This document shows, piece after piece, positions 8,133 through 18,204 of a stretch of 64,000 bases of DNA. A model generated the notes under the pieces. The model was not told the origin of the DNA. It saw nothing but the letters and a program-made list of their open reading frames with translations, and did not search any database. The translations under genes were made by a program, and so were the position numbers. Source of the stretch: Bacteroidia bacterium (lineage in GTDB: Bacteria > Bacteroidota > Bacteroidia > 2-12-FULL-35-15); contig JAGVJJ010000011.1 in NCBI GenBank assembly GCA_020051175.1, positions 80,257 to 144,256 of the forward strand, written 5' to 3'. Positions within the stretch are counted from its first letter, which is position 1. Every line of letters starts with the position of its first letter.

Positions 8133-11100
8133 TTATGCTGCTTTTCTTAATTCTTTGATTTGTTCCAGTCGTGATTTCATGCGCTTGAAAGAATTTCTTA
8201 ACTGAATAATTTTTGTCAAACGATCTGCGGTTCCCTCCAATATTGCACCTTTCTTTTTCTGTTCAGCTTGTTTTGCTTTTGCTTCTTCAGAATTGTCATA
8301 TACCATCAGTTCCGTCAATAATTTCGGATTAAGATTTGTAAACTCTTTTACACGTTCCGCAACTGTTTTAGGTTTATATCCTTTTTTGATTCGGTCTTTA
8401 AGGATGGTATCGCCTTTTTCCTGAACAGCTTTCTCACCGGTCTTTTCCTCCATGTATTTTTGCTTCTGCTCAATTTCTTTGTTCATTTGTCCGGTTACTT
8501 TCTTCAGGTCAAAACCAATATCCAATCCTCTCGGAGCGAGTATTTGTTCAATGCCTCGTTTAATAGCTGCATTGGCTTTGCGTATCTGGTCGAATACAGT
8601 TTGATCTTTGTAATTGTAAGCGGTGTCCTCGTCTTCGAGGTAATCTTTGTAGATTTTAAACAGGGTTTCAGTACTGCGGGCTTTTTCTCCACTCTTTTGC
8701 GGGCGGTACTTATCCGCTATCTTTTTGATGTGGTCAATATTTTTATTAAAGATCTCCCGCTGCTCCGCAATTTCTTCCAGCACCGTTTTTTGATTGGTAA
8801 TGCCCGTAATCTCGTCCTGCAAGCGTTCTCTTTCTTCCATGAGGATTAATTCAGCCAATGCAAAAGGATCTGTTATAAGTCCCATTTTAAGTTCAGATGG
8901 ATTAAATTCTTCCAGGTTAAGTGCATTTGTTTTTCCGGCACGATACCATATCTCGTTGATCCGGCTGGTTTTTTCTTCCAGCTTTTGAAAAATGAACGTA
9001 TCAATGCTGTCTTCCATCAATGGATTCACTATACGGATATTGGCGTACATATTGCCAAACCTCCAAATACGTCCCTCCAGTTGCTTCACATCGGTTGGGT
9101 TCCAATCCAGCCAACAATTGTATAAGACAGTTGAACGGTTCTGTAAATTGATCCCTTCTTTAATTGTTGCGCTGCCGATAATAATTTTCACATCCCCGGC
9201 AAGGAAGCGTTCTTTGATGCCCTCTTTTTTAGCGGCACTCAAACCGCTTTTGATAATTCCTACCTCATCATCTTTGTAACCGACCTTTTGTACCAGGTAC
9301 TCTTTTATCAAGGGGAAGAAATGTACTCCCGCGTTCATGTAGATCACCTGGCCGGACACTTCTTCATTACGATCTTCATGGAAACGTTTCACAGAGCGAA
9401 TACACTCAATGATATATTTCAGCTTCGGTGAGGATTCTATGTACTCGGTATAAGTTGGGTGCTTTTCAGGATTGCAGGCATAGAGGTAAGGACTAAGTGC
9501 AAGCTGACGTGCAAAGGACATCCCTCGCAGGATTCGTGCGCCTTCCTTTTCTTCCTCACTCATGTGTTTCTCATCAAGAATTTCACCTACATTTTCATCT
9601 TCGCCTTCTTCTGCATCTTCAAAACCTTTTGTATTCACGCAGAAATTAGTGAGACTTGTTTTCCCGGTAACATACATCTCTACATCATTCATGTATTCCT
9701 TTTGCTCTCTTGTCATTGGCAGGTTAGTGGAAATTTGTTTATCCGTTGGTAAAGGAACAATCTGATCGCCCTCTTTCGTATTGAGCATTGGCAATACAAT
9801 CTTATTCGGGCGCTGGATTTTTGCATCTTCTCCCGTCTTGTATGTAATGAATTTGAAAATGAGTTGTTGTAAAGCAATGAGGTTATTGAAGCCCAATACA
9901 ATTTCTCTGCGTTCAGGTTTTAGTTTTGCATTAATCACCAGTTCCATACTGGTTTTGATGAACGTATCGAAAAATTCTTTGATGTTTTTAATTCCCCATT
10001 TTTCCAACTGCTGATAACCGATCAGAGCGAGTATAGAATAAATCTCCAGTGGACTGTTTGTGAATGGCGTTGCAGTTAGCAATAGCACATTACGCATATT
10101 ATTATTACGCAAGATGTATTGGCTAACCATAAAACCACGAAGGGCTGTCATGGATGGCGATCCTGAACGAATTTGATAAGGAGATTTGGAACGGGTTGCA
10201 TTTTCTCCCTCTCCTTTTATTACGCCTTTTACCTGCGTAAAAGATTTTTTCATAGCGTGTGCTTCATCTACTACCATATAGTCAAAACCTAAATCCTCGA
10301 TGTTCACAGAACCACCTTTAATTCCTTTTCCCATCATCTCGTTGATTTTCTCTCCGAGCTTAACCATGTCCCGCTTTTCTTCAGTTCCCTGGTTCAGGAT
10401 GTCGTACAGTTCATTTCCAATGGTACTCCATGTTTCATCGTTGAAGCCAAGCCGGTTAAATCCTTCGTAAGTGAGAACAGAAATAGTATTCTCCGGTACT
10501 GGTTTTATTTTTCCTTTCTCATCACGTAGCTGGTCAACGAATTCTGTTCCCAGGTTATACAGATCTATCACCTGATATTGCGGTAATAATCCTGAAAGCA
10601 TTACTTTCCCCTGATCTACTACACCACGCAGCTCACTTAACCAGTTTTTGTAAGTTTGGTTAGGCACTACAATGAAAGGACGTTTGCATTGTCCGCTTTC
10701 CAATGCCTGTGCAAGGGATAAAATTGCGGTCATGGTTTTACCAAGGCCCACGTCATACGCTACACAACCGGAACCATGCACACTGATAAAGCCAATACCT
10801 TCCCGCTGTGCAGGACGAATGAAAAGCGGCTTGTTTTTAAAAGTGCTGGAACAGGTGAACGCAACGGGAACTTTAAAATAATTGATCTCTACATAGCCGT
10901 TGTATTTAGAGTTCCATTCCTGTTCAATGCGTACCTGATCTTCACGGATCAATGCTTCAGCAAGGAACCGCACAAAGAAATGATCGCCTTCCATTTTTGC
11001 ATTTTGTCTCAGGCGTAATTTTTCTTCTTTGTCGTAGTGGCGTGATGGTGTGCCTGCTTCGAGGTAATACTGAATAATATTCCAGTCGGTTGACTTTTTA

Positions 11101-12896
11101 AAATCATCTTTTGGTAAAGCTCTTAGCCATGTTTTAAAGGCTTCTACAAGTGACACAGTGCCTTCCACGTAATGTCCTTTGTCTTTGGAATAGCTGTTAA
11201 ACTTCGTTCCATCTGTTAATTCATTCACCGGAATTTCTTTTGCGAAACTCGAATCCGGTTTTATAAATAAACGGTTATGGGCGTTTGGATCTGTCAGCGT
11301 AAGTTTAGGCGGCTTAACATTATCAAGCCCTTCCCATTGGCGTTCGTATTGTTGCTTACTGTAGTTTTTAATGATGTATTCCTTTTCAGAAAGTAACTGG
11401 CTTTGCCGTTCATAGATATTCTCTGCGAAATACAATACACTTGGAATAAAACTGCCTTTGTAGTAACAAACGATTCCTGCTTTGAGCCAATGATTCAAAT
11501 GTTTTTCGCTGTCTCCCAATGGCACAACATATTTTGACCAGCCATTCTTTGCATTGAGAATGATCTTTTCATCATTGTAACCTTTGGTCTTACGCTTATA
11601 CCATATCCAGGCTTTTACTTCATCTTCTGAAATACCTTTGTTGTATTGCTGCATCACTTCATCAAAGCAGAGATATTCTTCCGGGCAGCCATCTTCATAC
11701 TTATCCCTTTCTCCGCTGAGCTTTTTCAAAGCCTTTTCAGCACGAACTTTTTTGGTTTCGTTGATAACACGCTCGATATTGTTTTTCTTTTCGGGATAAT
11801 TCATCAGCTGTTGTAATGGTTCTTTGATTTCGGTTTGGAGTGCTTCAGTCTGTTCTTTAGCATCATTAATCATTGGTACATTAATCCCCTGAATAATATT
11901 ATCTACGCTGCCTTTTACTTTTGTAACAGGCTTGTTGAAACGGTCGGTAGTTTGGTATTGCTCACCTAATATTTTTTCGGGATGTTGCTTAAACCACTCA
12001 TCACCGGTGAGCAGGTCAAATGTGCTTTTAGCGAAACCTTGTTTTTCAGGTGTTGTGTCCGGTTTCAGTTCCTTCAAATCAGGATAGCTTTCCAATATTT
12101 CTTCTGGTACTATTTTCCCTTGCTTTACGGCCCACTCAATAATTTTTTCATGCTCTCTGCGGTCTTTGGCATCCAGTATGTTTGGGCTTCCGGTTTTCTG
12201 AATGGCTTTTATTTGCTGGTATTCCAGCGGGGTCATTTCCCATGCGTATTTCGCATCGGTAATATCATTATCACCTATGTAGGATTTCTCCTCCATATCT
12301 TCCGATCCACTACTGGCAATCTTCACTACCGATACATTCGGAAGTTGATTCAGTTCCGATAATGATTTCTTTGAAAGGGATTGATTCAACTTTAAAAGAC
12401 TGAATACTTTGTCCTTTATTTTTTCGGGGTAATTCAGATCGTTTTCAGAAAAATAATTATTGTTTCCACCTGTGTAATCTTTCATGTGATTGATACTGCG
12501 GTACAGAATACCGGATTGCATTCCGTCCTTGTCCATAGAAATATAAATTCCGGCATCAGGTGTGAACATTCCCATCAGGCGGAGATCACCACTTACTGCC
12601 GGACCACCCGGATTAAAATCAACTTCATATTCTGTTAAACCAAGATATTCTGCGAGTTCTCTAAACGCTTTTTTTCCAAGCTTTTTAAAATCTTGTTTAG
12701 CGGCTCCATTTGCAACTTCACTATCTCCGTTATCTCCCATATAGCCGTCAATATGACTGTGCCTTGAAAGAAACGAAGCGAATTTTTTAAGATGATCTGT
12801 ACTTGTTTTCATGTTGTTTAAGTTTTGTTTCCACTCCTTCAACCTTCTGTTGGCTTCCTGGCCGATCTTGCGGAACATTTTATAACCTTGCGCCAT
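8133..12896 (-). CDS. SNF2-family helicase, giant 'polyvalent'-type protein (~1587 aa from the ATG; the ORF track extends to a TTG at 12935)
   Basis: Motif I is DVGLGKTMTAI (~10735-10760). Motif II is MVVDEAHAMKK (~10258-10285). LLLTATPFTNSPLEIYS is also present. The Helicase_C motif is QLEGRIWRFGN (~9055-9120). The ATG at 12896 lies 1 nt after the upstream stop. Confidence 0.9.
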   Translation of the reverse strand: MAQGYKMFRKIGQEANRRLKEWKQNLNNMKTSTDHLKKFASFLSRHSHIDGYMGDNGDSEVANGAAKQDFKKLGKKAFRELAEYLGLTEYEVDFNPGGPAVSGDLRLMGMFTPDAGIYISMDKDGMQSGILYRSINHMKDYTGGNNNYFSENDLNYPEKIKDKVFSLLKLNQSLSKKSLSELNQLPNVSVVKIASSGSEDMEEKSYIGDNDITDAKYAWEMTPLEYQQIKAIQKTGSPNILDAKDRREHEKIIEWAVKQGKIVPEEILESYPDLKELKPDTTPEKQGFAKSTFDLLTGDEWFKQHPEKILGEQYQTTDRFNKPVTKVKGSVDNIIQGINVPMINDAKEQTEALQTEIKEPLQQLMNYPEKKNNIERVINETKKVRAEKALKKLSGERDKYEDGCPEEYLCFDEVMQQYNKGISEDEVKAWIWYKRKTKGYNDEKIILNAKNGWSKYVVPLGDSEKHLNHWLKAGIVCYYKGSFIPSVLYFAENIYERQSQLLSEKEYIIKNYSKQQYERQWEGLDNVKPPKLTLTDPNAHNRLFIKPDSSFAKEIPVNELTDGTKFNSYSKDKGHYVEGTVSLVEAFKTWLRALPKDDFKKSTDWNIIQYYLEAGTPSRHYDKEEKLRLRQNAKMEGDHFFVRFLAEALIREDQVRIEQEWNSKYNGYVEINYFKVPVAFTCSSTFKNKPLFIRPAQREGIGFISVHGSGCVAYDVGLGKTMTAILSLAQALESGQCKRPFIVVPNQTYKNWLSELRGVVDQGKVMLSGLLPQYQVIDLYNLGTEFVDQLRDEKGKIKPVPENTISVLTYEGFNRLGFNDETWSTIGNELYDILNQGTEEKRDMVKLGEKINEMMGKGIKGGSVNIEDLGFDYMVVDEAHAMKKSFTQVKGVIKGEGENATRSKSPYQIRSGSPSMTALRGFMVSQYILRNNNMRNVLLLTATPFTNSPLEIYSILALIGYQQLEKWGIKNIKEFFDTFIKTSMELVINAKLKPERREIVLGFNNLIALQQLIFKFITYKTGEDAKIQRPNKIVLPMLNTKEGDQIVPLPTDKQISTNLPMTREQKEYMNDVEMYVTGKTSLTNFCVNTKGFEDAEEGEDENVGEILDEKHMSEEEKEGARILRGMSFARQLALSPYLYACNPEKHPTYTEYIESSPKLKYIIECIRSVKRFHEDRNEEVSGQVIYMNAGVHFFPLIKEYLVQKVGYKDDEVGIIKSGLSAAKKEGIKERFLAGDVKIIIGSATIKEGINLQNRSTVLYNCWLDWNPTDVKQLEGRIWRFGNMYANIRIVNPLMEDSIDTFIFQKLEEKTSRINEIWYRAGKTNALNLEEFNPSELKMGLITDPFALAELILMEERERLQDEITGITNQKTVLEEIAEQREIFNKNIDHIKKIADKYRPQKSGEKARSTETLFKIYKDYLEDEDTAYNYKDQTVFDQIRKANAAIKRGIEQILAPRGLDIGFDLKKVTGQMNKEIEQKQKYMEEKTGEKAVQEKGDTILKDRIKKGYKPKTVAERVKEFTNLNPKLLTELMVYDNSEEAKAKQAEQKKKGAILEGTADRLTKIIQLRNSFKRMKSRLEQIKELRKAA

Positions 12897-12897
12897 G

Positions 12898-13197
12898 TTA
12901 CAGGATGTGCGATAATTCCTGTTCAATAAGTGCAATGGCAGAACCGATGCCCATGCCGTCTTCTGCTATGTAGCGGATAATCATTTCTTCGAGTTTGATT
13001 TTTCCCTTGTCAGTGCTTTGCATCTCGCATACCTTTGGCCACAGGATGCGGCTGCATTCCTTCAGCTCATCATTAATGAGGGTTCTCAATTCATCAATCT
13101 GCTTGTTGTCATTTGCCATTGCTTGCATTTTAATTGGGTTCATTTCAGTTTTTTTGTTGTAAAGGATGCCGTTCCCCATCAGGTAATTTGAAATCAT
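12898..13197 (-). CDS. Hypothetical protein (99 aa) between the two giant genes
   Basis: ORF is tightly packed between the MTase stop (13216) and the helicase start. Confidence 0.45.
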   Translation of the reverse strand: MISNYLMGNGILYNKKTEMNPIKMQAMANDNKQIDELRTLINDELKECSRILWPKVCEMQSTDKGKIKLEEMIIRYIAEDGMGIGSAIALIEQELSHIL

Positions 13198-13215
13198 ATC
13201 TGCTTCGTGTTTTTA

Positions 13216-16200
13216 TCATTTGTTTTTTCTTAGTACAAGTACATCTGTACCTATGTCGGTGGTATCAAAAATTCTTGATGGTAATCGGTATAGATCAACC
13301 AGGTCAGCTTTAGCTGCAATCTTTTCTTTTGCCTTGTTAAACTTTGCCTGGTTGGTAACAAAGCTGCTTGGGATCAGGTAAATCAGCAGTCCTCCTTTTT
13401 TCAATAGATCAAGCCCCCGTAATATGAAATACTGATCGTATTCGGTTGCGCCTGTGTATTGCTTTTCACCCATACCGGCATACCGGCCTGTGAACTCTCC
13501 GTAAGGTGGGTTGCCAATAGCAAGGCTGTGTCCGGGATTTTGAAATTTGTCCTTCAGGTGAACATTACCAGCAAAGAATAAAGTCTCAAAGGCCTTTTCG
13601 TAAATGTGTGCATGAGGGTAAAGTATCTGAGCTATCCGTGCGGAATAATGATTGGTTTCGTATCCAAAAATGGTTGCATCCTTTGGAGCGTATTTTAAAA
13701 AATTACCTGTGCCTACGGATGGTTCCAGGATAGAGCCTCCATCATATCCGAAGTGTTTAGCCATGTCCCACATTTTCTGTACTACTATTTCGGGAGTATA
13801 GTATTCGTACAACACACCACGTCCGGCAGCGCCTTCTTTGATTAAGCCACCGGAACCTGTAAATTGTCGGATGTAGTTTTTTTCTTCTTCATTGAAAGGG
13901 CTTTCTTCTTTGTCTTTTTTATCAATGAAGTTTTCAATTTCCTTATTGAGATCGTACTGGCTTTGTTTTTTCACTTTTGATGTTGTTGGCTTTTCAATGT
14001 TTTGAGGAAGATCAACCAGTTTATGTTCACTGCTAAAAAGCAAATCAACCAACAATGTCATAACCGGGTTATTCGCCTTATCATCATTATCTATTATCAT
14101 ATCATCCACGTAACTGGCAATTAGCGTGGCTTTCCGTTTGTCTCCGGTTTTTCCAATTGTTACAAGACTTCTCTCGTAGGTAGCAAGTGGTCTTCTCTCC
14201 TTGAATTTCAGGGAAAGCTCCTTTACAATTTGCTGCAATGTGTCAATGGGTAGCTTTTCCAGCTTTGAACTGATAGCTTCACGCAAGCGTGCCTGATCAA
14301 ATTCCATCCCGTTGATAATGGCTTTATTAACTGGATGCTTATTGTCTTCTTTTGTCCAGTAAGTATTTTCCAAGCCTTTGATGATCGTAACTTTATCCTT
14401 TTTAGCAGTTGCAGACTTATTTTCAAGAGTGATATTATTTTCTTCAGCAAACTCTTTCAACGCATCGAGCGCCATATTTAGCTGTTTCTTTTTCTTTTCT
14501 TCATTGCCCAAGATGCTATCCTTGGCAGTTTCCAAAACTTCCAGTCTTAGTTCAAGAAATTTCAGCCCATACTTCAATGCTTCTTCTCTTGTGGAGTAGG
14601 ATTGTCCTTCCACACTTGCCGGAAACGCCAACCCTTCGTGATCTCCAAATTTTTTAGCAGCATGAAGTCCAACCACATAATTTCCATTGGAAGTTTTTAC
14701 AATAGAAACACTTGCCTCGAACTGCGCTCCTTTAGGCATCGGTATTTCTATTTCCTCAAAATTCTTACTGGCTGTTTTAGCGGTGTAAACCCCGTTTTCA
14801 TTGGCCAGCGGATCCGTTACGATAACTTCTTCTTTTTCTGTTCCGGCTTTAGGTGGATTGTCTAAATAATGCTGCAATACTTCTTTGCTTTCTTCCAGGT
14901 TCGTTATGGTGTGTTCTACATCCTTTACCTGCTGTTTGTATTCCAGCTTAGGTTTTCCGGTTTTAGGATTGAGATAGGTTTTCATTTCCCTTTTCTCTTT
15001 CTCAATTCTGTCTTTAATGATCTTCAATCCTTTTTTTATGTCTGCCACCGGGCGGGAGTGTTCAGCAATGGCCCACCATTCATCACCTTCTTTGTTGTTG
15101 TCGAACAACATCTCCTTTAAAGGCTCTACACTTTCATAACCGAGATACAGATTTACGTATGGGTAAATATCATCGGTAGGAAAACCAAGGGCTTTGAAAA
15201 TGTTTCGTCCACGCTTTTCCCATTCGTTAAGCAGGCTTATTCTGTCCACATCAATGCCATGTTCGCTTGGATGCCCGAACTGTATTAGCTCAAACATTTC
15301 GGTTGGAGAGGCTTTGCCAAGAGTTTCATTGGTGATCTTCAGAAGGTGAGGGAAGTTGTTTTTCAACACTTCCTTCATATCGTATATCTGAAAAATCTGC
15401 GAATAGAAAGGTTCTTTCGTACTGGCTGGCACAAGCACGTTAGGAACAAAAGTATCTCCATGCTTTAAGTCTTCAGTAATAGCCTTTGAGTTTAGTGTGG
15501 GAACTGATTTCATGTCTGTACTTTTTTCTTCTTTGTTGAAGTATTCATCAATCAGCTCATTCACCACCTCATTTACCGGTTGCGAGTGGTAACTTTCAAT
15601 GGCTCGATTATCAAGGACGTTGGTAACAACATAGTCCCTGAACCCGCTGATGTCTTCTTCGATTGTATTCGCATGGCCTTTTTCTTTTGCGAGAATAATG
15701 GCAAAAAGATCATCTTGAAAAATCAGGCTTTCATCCTGTATGAGTTTTTCGGCAAAATTCATTTCAGCTTCCAACTGCTCGATTTCATCTTTAAGGGCGT
15801 TTCGTTTAACGTGGGTTACTTTTCCTTGCAGATCCTTCAAATCCTTACGCAACTTTTTGATTTTTTCTTTGCGAGGATTTTCGATGTGATCCCTGAAATA
15901 CTCCATTGCATCCACATAACGGAATGCAAGATCAATCACCGGAAGTTTTTTGTCGAACGCTTCCTGTGCGCTGAATGATCTTTTAAATCCCTGCGCTAAA
16001 AATTGCTCAATAATTTTTGCTTCTTCTTCCGGGGTGTGCAGGCGTTCAAAACCATAATTTACTATTGAAGCAACTTCGGACAAATGAATTTGATGTCCTA
16101 AAGGCAAAATGTCGTCTAACCATTCTGTTAAACCTCTTGTCATTTCTTCGCTTATGTCTCCATCACGATCATCAATTTCATCTTCCGTTTCATTACGGTC

Positions 16201-18192
16201 ATATTTATCCACATAATAAAAACTCAGCCATTCAGCGGTAACGCGAGCTTGCTTTTTTTTTGGTTCAAATACAATGTCTGATTCTAATTGGTTTTCGTCA
16301 TCAACAAACTCATTCAGCCAAACGGAATAGGATGCGTCATCCCTTAAGGAAACCACGTAGGTTATTATTCTTTTTTTATCGCCCTTCTGAATGGTAAGTT
16401 TCCCTTCATACTTTTCTTTATTGAGAGTTGTAAGTAAATCAGGAATAAGTTGGCCCAACTTTTTGTAGGCTTCTCGGAAATAATTTACTTCTGATTCATC
16501 GGATTCGCTTTTTTCTTTGCTTAAATCAATCTTATGTCCTTGATGTAAAATATTAGTGAGCCACTGATTCAGGAATTGATTTAAATCCTTTTTTAATTTT
16601 GGATAAACATATTCCTTACCATCTCCTTTGTCCGGGTAAACTTCCTGGTATTTGAACTGATCCTGAAAGGTCATTGCTTCCGCAGCTTCCAATTCAGGAA
16701 GGATGCGTATCTGCATATCGGGATCTGCGACCATATCTCCGTTCTGTTCAAAGTAGTGAGATAGCGCAATGATGTAATTCCCTTTTTTATCCTGCCCGAT
16801 GTAATCATAGTTCAGGTTCATCAAACCGCCTTTAGGATCTTTCTCCGATTTACCGTGATGCTTCCCGTCCTGGATGTGTTTGAGTAAATCAGGAATAACC
16901 TGCATCAGCTTTTTGTAAATGGAACTGTAAGGCTGCATGAGTGCCTTGCCGGTAGAACGTTTATTAAAACGCTTGAATGACTTTAAAATCCGATTATGAC
17001 TTTCCCAAATGCTCTCGATATTTTTTTCAGTAAGCTCAGGGTAGTTGTCTTTAAACCATTTTTCAAAGTCTTCTTTTGTTATACTGTCGGGCTTGTTGGA
17101 TAGATCTTCCTGTTGAGTTGCCCATTTATAGAATTTGTCCAGCGCCAAGCGTTCTGTTTCACGTTGCGTATCAGCAGGTGTATCATTATTGGAAGAAGTG
17201 ATTGCATTTGTTTCCTCTAATTGATAATGTTCCAAAATTCTACGAGCTTTCTCAATGGCTTTCCTGGAATAGATTTCATTGGGCTGTGTTTTAGACAGAT
17301 TGGTGAAATAGGTATTAACATGACCGGACAAAATATTTTCCTTGCGGGTATAAAAATCAGCCGGTTCTAAATCAACGGAACCTTCAATGGTTTCGTCATC
17401 GTTCCAAATGATTTTGTAATACACATCGGAAAACTTACCGATCAATCCTTTCACAAACAGATCCGCACCGCTCCATGCACTGTAAGCCTTTCCTTCTTTA
17501 TAAAGAGGCCGAAGGTTATCATCCTTCGTAGTGAGTAGAATCTCCCTCAAAGGGGTTTTTCCTTCCGCTTTATCAGAAATTCGTTCTTCCTGAATAACAG
17601 TTTCGGTTTTTACCAAACCCTTGATAGAACTTTTTTTGTAATGCGGTACGTTCTGGCCTTCAGGAAAAATAATTTTTCCTTCATCAAACAAAATTCTTGC
17701 TTCTTTCACATGCAGACGTGGTTTGGCTGCAAGCGCAAGAAACTGATCTCCGAATTCCTTTCGCGCGAAACTGTTAGCAATAACTTCTGCTTTTGGTTTG
17801 GACGGTTCAAAAACAACGTAGTTCTTGACCTGTCCATCTCTAAGCGTTATCATCACATAACTGAATTCCTTTTTCTCGATGTTAGTTTTAACCGCATCGA
17901 ACGTAGGAGACAGAATTAGATCAGGTCCTTCCTGTGATGTGGAGATAATGGCTTCTACCTGCTTTGCAAATTCAATTGCCTGGCTGGTGTTTTCGCCATA
18001 CCACATAACCTGTGATTTACTATGCCTAAATCCCATTGCCCTCAACTTGGGCTGGAGTTCGGGAGATGGCTCGGCATTAAATCGCAGCTCTATCCCTCCT
18101 TGTTTGGAATTAGCGGAAATAGTAAGCTCATCCGCCCATTTGTGGACAGACGATTTTTTCACAGAGTTGGGTTTGTCCTGCTTCTTGCTCAT
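13216..18192 (-). CDS. N6-adenine DNA methyltransferase domain at the C-terminus of a 1658-aa 'polyvalent'-type protein
   Basis: Motif I is ILEPSVGTGNF (~13700-13731). Motif IV is IGNPPYGEF (~13490-13515). The ~1400 aa N-terminal to these include an internal tandem domain duplication (16075-16926). Confidence 0.9.
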   Translation of the reverse strand: MSKKQDKPNSVKKSSVHKWADELTISANSKQGGIELRFNAEPSPELQPKLRAMGFRHSKSQVMWYGENTSQAIEFAKQVEAIISTSQEGPDLILSPTFDAVKTNIEKKEFSYVMITLRDGQVKNYVVFEPSKPKAEVIANSFARKEFGDQFLALAAKPRLHVKEARILFDEGKIIFPEGQNVPHYKKSSIKGLVKTETVIQEERISDKAEGKTPLREILLTTKDDNLRPLYKEGKAYSAWSGADLFVKGLIGKFSDVYYKIIWNDDETIEGSVDLEPADFYTRKENILSGHVNTYFTNLSKTQPNEIYSRKAIEKARRILEHYQLEETNAITSSNNDTPADTQRETERLALDKFYKWATQQEDLSNKPDSITKEDFEKWFKDNYPELTEKNIESIWESHNRILKSFKRFNKRSTGKALMQPYSSIYKKLMQVIPDLLKHIQDGKHHGKSEKDPKGGLMNLNYDYIGQDKKGNYIIALSHYFEQNGDMVADPDMQIRILPELEAAEAMTFQDQFKYQEVYPDKGDGKEYVYPKLKKDLNQFLNQWLTNILHQGHKIDLSKEKSESDESEVNYFREAYKKLGQLIPDLLTTLNKEKYEGKLTIQKGDKKRIITYVVSLRDDASYSVWLNEFVDDENQLESDIVFEPKKKQARVTAEWLSFYYVDKYDRNETEDEIDDRDGDISEEMTRGLTEWLDDILPLGHQIHLSEVASIVNYGFERLHTPEEEAKIIEQFLAQGFKRSFSAQEAFDKKLPVIDLAFRYVDAMEYFRDHIENPRKEKIKKLRKDLKDLQGKVTHVKRNALKDEIEQLEAEMNFAEKLIQDESLIFQDDLFAIILAKEKGHANTIEEDISGFRDYVVTNVLDNRAIESYHSQPVNEVVNELIDEYFNKEEKSTDMKSVPTLNSKAITEDLKHGDTFVPNVLVPASTKEPFYSQIFQIYDMKEVLKNNFPHLLKITNETLGKASPTEMFELIQFGHPSEHGIDVDRISLLNEWEKRGRNIFKALGFPTDDIYPYVNLYLGYESVEPLKEMLFDNNKEGDEWWAIAEHSRPVADIKKGLKIIKDRIEKEKREMKTYLNPKTGKPKLEYKQQVKDVEHTITNLEESKEVLQHYLDNPPKAGTEKEEVIVTDPLANENGVYTAKTASKNFEEIEIPMPKGAQFEASVSIVKTSNGNYVVGLHAAKKFGDHEGLAFPASVEGQSYSTREEALKYGLKFLELRLEVLETAKDSILGNEEKKKKQLNMALDALKEFAEENNITLENKSATAKKDKVTIIKGLENTYWTKEDNKHPVNKAIINGMEFDQARLREAISSKLEKLPIDTLQQIVKELSLKFKERRPLATYERSLVTIGKTGDKRKATLIASYVDDMIIDNDDKANNPVMTLLVDLLFSSEHKLVDLPQNIEKPTTSKVKKQSQYDLNKEIENFIDKKDKEESPFNEEEKNYIRQFTGSGGLIKEGAAGRGVLYEYYTPEIVVQKMWDMAKHFGYDGGSILEPSVGTGNFLKYAPKDATIFGYETNHYSARIAQILYPHAHIYEKAFETLFFAGNVHLKDKFQNPGHSLAIGNPPYGEFTGRYAGMGEKQYTGATEYDQYFILRGLDLLKKGGLLIYLIPSSFVTNQAKFNKAKEKIAAKADLVDLYRLPSRIFDTTDIGTDVLVLRKNK

Positions 18193-18204
18193 CGGAAACG
18201 AATG

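Noticed and set aside
12897-12935. TTG start at 12935 for the SNF2 helicase (ORF-track N-terminus MHLLNRNYRTSCN).
   Set aside because: This extension overlaps the upstream 99-aa ORF by 38 nt. An ATG at 12896 lies 1 nt after that ORF's stop, which fits the tight coupling seen throughout the operon.
8133-18192. SNF2 helicase plus N6-adenine methyltransferase as a DISARM (DrmD/DrmMI) or BREX (PglX) defence system.
   Set aside because: I could recognise no DrmA/DrmB(DUF1998)/DrmC, PglZ, BrxC or BrxL-like partners. Both proteins are far larger than the defence versions, with long non-enzymatic regions. The surrounding small acidic and coiled-coil ORFs and the element context fit polyvalent entry proteins better. 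This is not formally excluded without profile searches.
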